In this document: positions 54,501 through 60,381 of the stretch, piece by piece
Numbering within the stretch: the first letter of the stretch is position 1
How the letters are laid out: each line of letters starts with the position of its first letter
DNA from: a virus
Taxonomy: Duplodnaviria; Caudoviricetes
IMG/VR virus record: IMGVR_UViG_3300015256_000001
Coordinates: 1 to 60,381 of that record
Reading direction: 5' to 3' (one strand)
Length of the DNA: 60,381 nucleotides
Translations under genes and position numbers: made by a program
Notes under the pieces: generated by a model
Told to the model about the DNA's origin: nothing
The model's input: the letters and a program-made list of their open reading frames with translations, nothing else
Databases searched by the model: none

Positions 54501-54961
54501 TCAACATACCGCCCGCCGTGCTTCAGCATCAAGGCCTCGAACGGATCTTCGGAGGCAGGCTCAGGCTTCGCGGCAAGTTGTGCGGCCGACTTCTCGTCCC
54601 ACCCAAGCGTCACCAGTTCGGCCGCGTCCTTCGCTCTCGGCGTCCCAGGCACACGCTCGCCGGTCTGCACATGAAACCCGCCAACTACGATCTGCGGATG
54701 CCCAGGCTTCTTGAAGTCAGATGGCCAATGGCCCGTGGCATCAGGAGCCGCACCAGCCTTGAATGCCGCACGGTAGTCGTACTGCTGCTGAGGGCTGTCC
54801 GGATCTGCGTCGAGCCCGTAGCGTTTCGCGGCATCTGAGTACCACGCCCGGAATGCGATCTCGTCTGGCTGCGGCCGCGTGGGCGGAGGAGGCGCCGGCT
54901 CGACATACCGGCCCCCATGCTTGAGCATGAGAGCTTCAAACGGATCGACTTGTGACGGCAT
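48587..54961 (-). CDS. Giant ejected polyvalent protein (LPD38-like C-terminus, zincin HExxH domain)
   Basis: 2124 aa; AAVHEAGH..EGAAEF; YEEKPEWEKHAYW..IAKPF; Pro-rich linkers; follows the ejection genes. Confidence 0.8.
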   Translation of the reverse strand: MPSQVDPFEALMLKHGGRYVEPAPPPPTRPQPDEIAFRAWYSDAAKRYGLDADPDSPQQQYDYRAAFKAGAAPDATGHWPSDFKKPGHPQIVVGGFHVQTGERVPGTPRAKDAAELVTLGWDEKSAAQLAAKPEPASEDPFEALMLKHGGRYVEPPQAKPATFLERVADLGISAVKGAIGIPEAVVGLADIPTGGRVGKALESVGFQPALAKEILSSWYSDQQKQANRSVEEADGILETAIAAIKNPSTIVHNVVESAPSMVGGAGVARGLIKAGLPLVASAAAGEGAVTAGQMASSLRQAAPDGTLTPAQSALSVAAGAGTSVIGALGAKLAKSWGIVDVDTMLAAAIKDPAARKSLTKAVVAGTVQEAVLEELPQSVQETILENKAAGRPWETGVDQALVMGTLAGAVMGSGAQIKSALTAPVATPAQPPAATVVPPVAPTPVAPPIAPTEPQPVAPPVAPPIQPAPAPVVPTPVREPPTPAPVVEPPVAPPAVEPPVTAPVTAPIPVPVQPAPESPTAPQSEPAAPIATGPVARYNPERKTVEIAFPEDQKPDLATRRLMERAGYRYGDKSKAWFKSVADGDPMAMVADANAMFAPAPPAAPVTEPVAAPIEPAPAVDAPAPVKIASSLMGSPVARKANRSIDGVSYELYQSGRAGFIRVMDEDSGNLVSLVKFDDYGKAIDRYGEAVTAAGKIAKPPAEAEAVSAPAVEPPVSAPVVDVLDTGELQPRLAGAENVREQNIPTPQLDVPFSLSSEASTATKGSQGGLFGGDAPNVEPSQPARSETPREDGSIPVRRVAASAPPGRVESAKAAKARRDDHYSDVYAAIVADAVRVDPDVDVEAVRAEFEARVDFIESLDAEVAESGYNPRELLEAIVAAGGISVQAEGGGGLAGELRRLREWAGPYGNFGGVPNVFRTKKNDKVSGKRQAGFSVDDIVTSLQQDPRFSHIETQDDLLAALDDIARLGDVGVKGVTHPGTSELAKRADMKPGTPWWRDSWRSGVESDSEEEADGDASFDPDEFEDDDVSRMPGEYDQGVPAFTKPRGPTPQRDASMSPSAIIKSLTAALERVPIRAGRIGMRGARGIYKNRARMIRLKVAEDLRAAVHEAGHDFDIAVLRIKRHDKRWKGELETLGQRTSMPGYDPPTVRKEGAAEFFVLYASDPEAAEYEAPKYFAEFERRLEQQPKLRDAVHGVRTQLMGYLALTPADQLRLKMDRSRDNQIVSLARAVAENPKATIHDVVARTIDRFTWVDVAMDDMSSGQPRDYAADGYVLARLAQGSASQAEGFLTTGVYGPDAVKLSDGLADALEGVKEHLAEFEHYLYAVHAMERLKVGKNPGVTKAQADDMIAQARARPDFAKFEEAAKKVYAYQSALLEYARSRGAFSTDQFKAITLAYESYVPLMRVQEATEGIFSGVARRLANRTVPVKRATGSGLTVIPPLESIIGNTFAIVDMVEKNRAMVALAEAAEKATDKKHSSGKWMDRVAPDKIPTTFELSRLTKEIQKALEDAGMEDLPDNLSEAFEQLVTVFTPATYVAPNGEQIVTLIRNGKREFWQVNHTGLYEAITQMGPRDAAGVIRLGFAGVASVLRTTATTTPSFIIRNFTRDSLVSWLQSKYGLIPVYDQVLAMIELTRGSEAAKLFAVSGVSQAALVGSDRRHRQDAVRQLSGQRLSVAQTVLNPLELMKVAWSALQHASQAVESATRFAEFKLALEAGGKERGVMRRLLEGDKDYAGTSDSILARAALAARDVSTDYQRGGTIVKEFSQFKAFLNAKVQSWVRMGETFKRDPEGTLLKLGTIAFFSAALWFLRGDDKEYEEKPEWEKHAYWFIKLPGTEGYAKIAKPFDYAYAGDIMEAGLDYMKKGDPQRFKQMQEDWFPGFDDPDFAKRTVLNMMPTAIMPVLEAFANYSAFRDAPIVSPWEVQGLPLEDQYSQWTTETAKTIQKILPIFSPAQIDHILFGWTTSVGRTSAKAVDAVVGLAKGETPKSFDPMRDLPVVGTVYDTGEMMGSGQSVGDLYDLARAYETLTASVRSKRARGNNEAADKQVAETDLPLERARYIRLAVDRVGVLGKRIKSLQALPAAVMKPEAKQAAIRNIRNQMIDVSRVALGRRPLPSPQPETD

Positions 54962-54968
54962 CGACCCG

Positions 54969-56756
54969 TTACCTGGCCTGGTTGATCGCCGCGAGGTAGG
55001 CCTTGACGTCTACGCCTCGAGAGGCCAACTCGTCCGCCGTCTGCGCTACGACCCTCACGAGAGCTTCCTTGCTCCCGGCCCGCTGGATGGCTGCCGGTAT
55101 CTGTTGAATCGCCGCCCGTGTGGCGTTCGGGCTCGTCCCGGCCGTCCGCACGGCTTCGGTCATCCGATTGACAGTCGGCGCGACGGCGCTGGACACCTCA
55201 GTGCCGAACGCCTTCATCTTCGCTACCGGCCCGGCCACCGCATTCGACACGATATCGGAGAGGCGAGGCTGCGGCACGAAGCTGGTAGGACGCGCGGCAG
55301 GGGCCTGTGGCGCCGGTTGTGGTGGCACAGGCGGCGCAGGGGCTACTGGTGCCGCCTGTGCCTTCTGTAGGGCCTCCCAGTCACGCTGGAACGCCGCTGC
55401 CGCCTCCTGCGTTGGGAACCCGGCTGGCTTGCCGTTTCTCGGGTTCTGCCCTACCACGATAGGAGAAGGAGCCGGCGGCGTCGGGGAGACAGGCCGAGCC
55501 GCCGGCTGTGCCACGGGCTCCGCTGGCGAGGACGGAGTAGGCGTGGCACTTCTTGGTGGCGCAGCCGGCGCGACGGGTGGCCTGGCTGCGTCAGATGGCA
55601 ATACGCGTGACCGATTCGAGATGGCTCGCCCGGTAGCGGGCGCCGCGACCGGCGCATCACCTTCGCGGATCTGCTCCTGGTAGGCCCGCTCGATCTCGGC
55701 CTTCCTCGCGTTGTACTCGCTATCGAGCATCGGATCCGCTGGGATTTCACGATTCGTGAAGGGGTCGTACTCAGCCTTCATGCGCTTGCGCTTCTCTTCG
55801 TCGAGCGCATTCATGTTGGTCATGCGCCAACGGCTGGCGATGTTGCGCTGCTCGCGCGTCAACCGGTTTGGGTCTGATCCGGTCCCAGTTGGCTTCTCAG
55901 GCAACGGGGCCACGAGGGCAGGGTCAATCGGCTCCTTCTGGCCAGGGCGGTAGGCGTTGCCTTCTTCGTCCCTACCTATCCATTCCTTCTGCCCACGATA
56001 GAGGCCCCAACCCCACTCCTTCCTGGACTCCTTCACTGGAGCAGCGCCGGTCTCCGAGAACCCAGGCTCATCCGCCACGATCTTGAACGTCTCAGACCCG
56101 TCCGCGTTCTTGATGGTGACCGGGCGAGTGCCGACCTTCGGAGGAGCGGCGAGCTTTGCGCGCAAGTACTCACCGGTCGGGAGCACACTCTCGAGGATGT
56201 CGCGCTGGAACTTCGCCGAATACGTGGTCGGCATTCCCGCCGGAATAGGCAAGCCGGCGGCCTCAGCCTTCCCTATCGCTGCCTTCCATGTGTCGTCGTC
56301 GTGTGCGGCACCAAAGATCCTCGCGACCTTCTCGGCTCGCTCTGCCGCCTTGGTCGCCTCCTGCCGCTCCGCCTCGTTAGCCAGCCCTTGAATCCTGAAC
56401 CCGGCATTGGGGTCCACCAACATCGCCTCGTTGGCCACGCCTTGAAGGTTCTGCGTCCCGTCAGGATTGCGCGGCACGAGCTTGAACAGATCCCGCACGG
56501 CCTCCTCTCGGCCGAACTCCATCATCTGGCGCTGATCGGCCTTCGCGATGCGGTCCATCTCGAAGGCGCGGATCTTCTGCTGCTCCGCCTCGCGAGCTCG
56601 CTGGTCACGCTGCTGCAAGACCTGATTCAGGCCAGCCGGGATCGACTGCGCCAGCGGCGCGTAGGCGTTCACCCGGCCGAACTCGCGCATAGCCTTGATC
56701 TTCCCGATGTCTTTCATCAGGTCGGCAGCGGCGAGCGCGTAGCCGTAGTTCCTCAC
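54969..56756 (-). CDS. DNA ejection/transfer protein (P22 gp20-like position)
   Basis: Helical Q/A-rich, Pro-rich linker; GTG start at GTGA overlap. Confidence 0.65.
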   Translation of the reverse strand: MRNYGYALAAADLMKDIGKIKAMREFGRVNAYAPLAQSIPAGLNQVLQQRDQRAREAEQQKIRAFEMDRIAKADQRQMMEFGREEAVRDLFKLVPRNPDGTQNLQGVANEAMLVDPNAGFRIQGLANEAERQEATKAAERAEKVARIFGAAHDDDTWKAAIGKAEAAGLPIPAGMPTTYSAKFQRDILESVLPTGEYLRAKLAAPPKVGTRPVTIKNADGSETFKIVADEPGFSETGAAPVKESRKEWGWGLYRGQKEWIGRDEEGNAYRPGQKEPIDPALVAPLPEKPTGTGSDPNRLTREQRNIASRWRMTNMNALDEEKRKRMKAEYDPFTNREIPADPMLDSEYNARKAEIERAYQEQIREGDAPVAAPATGRAISNRSRVLPSDAARPPVAPAAPPRSATPTPSSPAEPVAQPAARPVSPTPPAPSPIVVGQNPRNGKPAGFPTQEAAAAFQRDWEALQKAQAAPVAPAPPVPPQPAPQAPAARPTSFVPQPRLSDIVSNAVAGPVAKMKAFGTEVSSAVAPTVNRMTEAVRTAGTSPNATRAAIQQIPAAIQRAGSKEALVRVVAQTADELASRGVDVKAYLAAINQAR

Positions 56757-57919
56757 GGTACCTGCCTTGGCGTGATGCGATCCCAGTAGGCGTCTTCGCC
56801 CCACCGATATATACCGAAGTCGTTCATGCGCTGTGTCTCACCGAACCCCATGAACCCAAGGTCGAGTGACCGGTCACCCTGCCGAAGGCCCCAATCACCC
56901 TGATCGAGGCGGCGGTCACCCTGGCTCAGTGAACGGTCGCCCTGGCCGAGTGTGCGCTCCTGGGTATACATCCCGAATGGGATGGTCTGGTTGTCGCGAG
57001 CGGCGTTGTAGTCGAACTCGTGTTCGCCGAAGTCCCGCATCCACTGGTTACCGTACTCCCCGGCACGACGCGACCGGTCGCCACTGAACACGTTGAACGC
57101 GTTTTGGTAGTCCTGCGCCGCCGTGTCACGGAGTCTCCAATACTCGTCGCTGCCGATATCCCCGGCCATCGTCGAGATGTGCTGCTGGACACCTGGGGTA
57201 AGAAGTGTCCCACGAGCGGCCGCGCCCTTCTCAATCGCCTCCGTGCCCAACCTGATCCGCGCCTGCACGAGTGGGTTGTCCTTGATCGTGTTGGGGTCCA
57301 GAGGCGTGTACGTCTGGTCCCATTTCTCCATCACGTCAGAGGGGAGCGCGCCAAGCGATGGAGTGAAATCCTTCGTCCAGGGCTCGAACTCCTTCCCGTA
57401 GGTCATCATCGAACCGGTCCCGCCACTGCCGTTCGACGTGGACGTCTGCCGACTGGAGCCACCGCTTCCAGATCCGGAGCCTGAACCACTAGACCCGCCT
57501 GGCGTGTTCGTGGCCCGCTGGTCGTAGTTGCTGAGCGCGCTGTTCATGAACCGCTCAACCGCGCCGGCATACATCCCGCCTGACCCGAGGTGCGCGGCGT
57601 CGTACCCGGCATTCCGGCGAACACCTTCCAGGTCTGACGGATGGTAGTCCACGCCCCTCGACGCGGCGCGGGCTTTGAGGTCAGCCTCCATCCGCGCCCA
57701 GTCAGTCAGGCCCTCGAACTCCGACCCACGCTGGTTGTAGATGGGCGCCCCGGCTTCTGCGGTGGCCTCAACGGGATAGTTGGGATACATCCCGTATCCG
57801 CCACCAAACTGCGCGATGGTCGGCGTGGCTGGCGCTGCCGGTGTCGGTGGAGGTTGTGGCACCTGCACCGTGTCGGCGTCGTCGAAGAAGGTTCCGTCGT
57901 CCGGATTTTCAACTGCCAT
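56753..57919 (-). CDS. DNA ejection/transfer protein
   Basis: LGTEAIEKGAAARGTLL motif; QGDR repeats. Confidence 0.7.
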   Translation of the reverse strand: MAVENPDDGTFFDDADTVQVPQPPPTPAAPATPTIAQFGGGYGMYPNYPVEATAEAGAPIYNQRGSEFEGLTDWARMEADLKARAASRGVDYHPSDLEGVRRNAGYDAAHLGSGGMYAGAVERFMNSALSNYDQRATNTPGGSSGSGSGSGSGGSSRQTSTSNGSGGTGSMMTYGKEFEPWTKDFTPSLGALPSDVMEKWDQTYTPLDPNTIKDNPLVQARIRLGTEAIEKGAAARGTLLTPGVQQHISTMAGDIGSDEYWRLRDTAAQDYQNAFNVFSGDRSRRAGEYGNQWMRDFGEHEFDYNAARDNQTIPFGMYTQERTLGQGDRSLSQGDRRLDQGDWGLRQGDRSLDLGFMGFGETQRMNDFGIYRWGEDAYWDRITPRQVP

Positions 57920-57924
57920 AGCCG

Positions 57925-58890
57925 TTACCCTTGCAGGACGCGTCCGCCCTTGGCGGTGTACTTGGGCACACTCGACGCATGCACGCGGCGCACTTCCCCA
58001 CTAGATGGATCCTGCATGAGGACCATTCCTGCCGTGGACGACTGAGGCACCGGAGCACCGAGCGCAGGCGGCGCCGGTACGCCAGGCGTGGTGAATTGCC
58101 CACGGCCAACCGACGTCAGGTCAGGCGCGACTGGCGCGCTCGAGCCGAACGAAGCCATAGTAGGCGCGGTCGTCGCCGGACCAATCACCCTAGCGACACT
58201 ATCCGGCCGTGTCGGCCTTGCTAGCGTACTGAGAGCCTCGTTCCGTTTGTTCGCGGCCGTCGTCTCGGCAGCGAGGAATGGCGCGTAGTCGGCCCGCTCC
58301 CGCTCCCACTGCTCGCGGAGGAAGGCCAAGGCATCCTGTGCCGCCTTCTCTTGCGCGGCGGCCGCCCGGTCGGTCGCCTCAGCGCCCTTCTTCGAGGCAA
58401 AGATGTCGGCAGCGGTAGACCCGCCGAAGACGATGAGGTCCACAATGCTCTTTCCACTCAATCCCATACCGCCTCCGACTGCCGCGACTGTAGGTGCCGT
58501 GGCGCCATATCCGCCAATCGTCGTCGCCGTAGGGAGAGCGGCTGTTGCTCCACTACCGAAGGCTCCGGCCAATGGCCCTATACCAGCCGCGCCGAGTCCT
58601 GTGACGGCCGCTCCACCAATCGCAAGCGCGATACCAACATTGCGCTTCGTGGTGTTCTTCTGATTGAGATTGCCCCCCTGGTCGATGTGCATCCCAGATG
58701 GGACCGGCGTGCCAGCAGCGGCGAGCGCGGCCTCGAGCTCCGTCTGATCGTCTCGCGAGAGCTTGACGCGCCCATCCGTGGCATAGCCCTTCGAGCGCAT
58801 GAAGTTCAGGTAGACCGGACTCAGGCGCATCGCCTGATTCCACTGATCCAACTCTTGCTCTGACGTCTGCCGGGTGGGCGTGACGGCCAT
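57925..58890 (-). CDS. DNA ejection protein (gp7-like)
   Basis: Gly/Ala hydrophobic segment; AAQDALAFLREQWERERADYAPF. Confidence 0.7.
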   Translation of the reverse strand: MAVTPTRQTSEQELDQWNQAMRLSPVYLNFMRSKGYATDGRVKLSRDDQTELEAALAAAGTPVPSGMHIDQGGNLNQKNTTKRNVGIALAIGGAAVTGLGAAGIGPLAGAFGSGATAALPTATTIGGYGATAPTVAAVGGGMGLSGKSIVDLIVFGGSTAADIFASKKGAEATDRAAAAQEKAAQDALAFLREQWERERADYAPFLAAETTAANKRNEALSTLARPTRPDSVARVIGPATTAPTMASFGSSAPVAPDLTSVGRGQFTTPGVPAPPALGAPVPQSSTAGMVLMQDPSSGEVRRVHASSVPKYTAKGGRVLQG

Positions 58891-58893
58891 CTA

Positions 58894-59121
58894 CTACACC
58901 GATGCGATGGTCTGATTCACCAGCTTGTCGCGCAACTCCACGACGAGCCGTGAGGCAATCCAATTGGTGAGCAACTCGCGGGCCTTCGCCATGACGTCCG
59001 CTTCGTCGGCGGCCTCGAACACGATCACGTCCACCGTCATGCCTCCGTCGTCCACGATCTCCGTGGTCACAGAGACGCCGGCATTCTTCGTCGTGAGCCG
59101 CACGCATTTCATGTGATACAT
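58894..59121 (-). CDS. Small hypothetical (possible fibre chaperone)
   Basis: 75 aa after the adhesin gene. Confidence 0.55.
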   Translation of the reverse strand: MYHMKCVRLTTKNAGVSVTTEIVDDGGMTVDVIVFEAADEADVMAKARELLTNWIASRLVVELRDKLVNQTIASV

Positions 59122-59131
59122 GGCAGTGATT

Positions 59132-60034
59132 CTACGCTAGTTCAAGAGACAGTCCACCATCTCCGCCTTTGCCGCCTGAGCCTGAATCCACCTCGCCGCC
59201 GCCACCGCCACCGCCTCCGCCGCCGAGATACCTGGCCCCAAAGGGAACTCCGCCGCCAGCTCCGCCGCCACCGCCATCTTCCGTCCCGGTACCGGTACCG
59301 CCTTGTGAGCCGGGGTTCGCATCGTACGGCGAATCACTAGGGCTTGGCGCATCGCCGTTCTCGTCCTCAGCGCCTCCAGCCCCACCAGTCTGACCATCGC
59401 CGTCGCCGCCGTCGCCGCCGACGCCACCGTTCGAGACATCAGGACCACCTCCGCCGCCTCCACCCGCGCACCCGGTCACGTTGTCCACCGCGTTGTTCCC
59501 GCTGCTGCTGTACGGCCCGCCACTGCCGCCAGCCGTCCCGGCTACCGCGCCACCACTCGCCGTGTAACTCCCGCCTGAGACTGCCCCACCGTTTCCGTTG
59601 TCGTCTGGGTCTGGGACACCGCCGGTTCGCCCACCTTGGATGTTGAGCACATAGGCGCCGCCAGCCCCGACACGAAAGTAGGTGTCTGGCCCGTCCGTCT
59701 CGTCATTCCCGACGCCGAAGGATCCCGTGTAGACCAACGCTACGAGCGTGTGCGATACGCCAGTGAGGTCGCTTCCCCCGCCACCGCCACCACCACCGCC
59801 CGTGGAGTTGGCTCCGTCCACGAGCCCTGGCGCGCCACCTCCACCTGCCGCCACGCCCTTGACTCGGATCGCCACGCCGCTCTTGTTGAACGTGAACGTG
59901 TAAGACCCAGCCGTGGTCAGAATCAGCGGCCCGGACGCGAAACTATGGACCCCAGAGGCCGCGCCTGAGTACGTGACGATCAGATCGCCGATCCGGCGGA
60001 GAGGCACCGCGAGGAGTGGCGGGCTGTGCATCAT
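59132..60034 (-). CDS. Glycine-rich tail-fibre adhesin (gp38-like polyglycine protein)
   Basis: Multiple GGGGG runs; directly after the tail fibre (TGATG overlap). Confidence 0.7.
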   Translation of the reverse strand: MMHSPPLLAVPLRRIGDLIVTYSGAASGVHSFASGPLILTTAGSYTFTFNKSGVAIRVKGVAAGGGGAPGLVDGANSTGGGGGGGGGSDLTGVSHTLVALVYTGSFGVGNDETDGPDTYFRVGAGGAYVLNIQGGRTGGVPDPDDNGNGGAVSGGSYTASGGAVAGTAGGSGGPYSSSGNNAVDNVTGCAGGGGGGGPDVSNGGVGGDGGDGDGQTGGAGGAEDENGDAPSPSDSPYDANPGSQGGTGTGTEDGGGGGAGGGVPFGARYLGGGGGGGGGGEVDSGSGGKGGDGGLSLELA

Positions 60035-60381
60035 CAGAAGTTCTGCCCGGAGACGAACCAGATGTAGGACGTTCCACCATTCACGGTGAAGAACGTCAGC
60101 ACGTCCTGCTTGTTATTTGTGGAGGTCGGGGTATACGTCATCGCAGACGCGAAGAGGTGAGATGCCCCAAACGTGGCCGTGTATGGCGTCCCGTTTGCCG
60201 TCAAGACCAACGTCCCCTGCGCCACGATCCCAGAGGCTCCAGCAGACTGGACCACCACCGACGTGATGTTATCGTCCAGAGCCACTGTGAACACCGTCGA
60301 TTCGGCGAGGTTCAGCGTGAGCACGCCACTGACGATGTTGGGCGAAGACGTGATCTCGCGTGGAGTCGCCGCTCGAAGCAC
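60034..60381 (-). CDS. 3' part of the tail fibre gene that begins at 1308
   Basis: In frame through the terminal repeat; ends DVLTFFTVNGGTSY..GQNF. Confidence 0.85.
   Translation of the reverse strand: MLRAATPREITSSPNIVSGVLTLNLAESTVFTVALDDNITSVVVQSAGASGIVAQGTLVLTANGTPYTATFGASHLFASAMTYTPTSTNNKQDVLTFFTVNGGTSYIWFVSGQNF
60259..60381. repeat. Terminal direct repeat, copy 2
   Basis: Identical to 1-123. Confidence 0.97.

Overview
Complete circular(ised) genome of a high-GC, P22-like podovirus. Bases 1-123 are repeated exactly at 60259-60381, so the unique length is about 60,258 bp. Nearly all genes are on the minus strand. Structural and packaging genes include TerS/TerL, a P22-type portal, scaffold, coat, gp4/gp10-like neck-hub proteins, a tail fibre crossing the origin, a glycine-rich adhesin, three ejection proteins and a 2124-aa polyvalent protein. 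Replication and recombination genes include DnaB, an SF2 helicase, ERF, a PD-(D/E)XK exonuclease and a resolvase, plus two DNA methyltransferases. A short plus-strand early/accessory operon lies at 23.4-26.8 kb. I recognised no integrase, repressor, endolysin, tRNA or CRISPR array. A PEP-CTERM gene, a SpoVG-like gene and sigma54-type promoters point to a Gram-negative, EPS-producing host, possibly Acidobacteriota/Vicinamibacteria (inference). The most unusual signals are: (1) a 14-20 bp palindrome TACCGGTACCGGTA dispersed around the genome in different reading frames, with a LmbU-HTH/MT-A70 fusion as candidate reader; (2) a split gp10 tail hub with two alternative C-terminal modules, one carrying a 650-aa passenger; (3) an early 64-aa mini-protein that copies a 50-aa internal segment of the giant ejected protein; (4) twin divergent sigma54 promoters; (5) a ~530-nt highly structured intergenic region upstream of the replication genes; (6) a cluster of signal-peptide-bearing fibre-like proteins. 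All family assignments come from motif recognition by eye, not from database searches.
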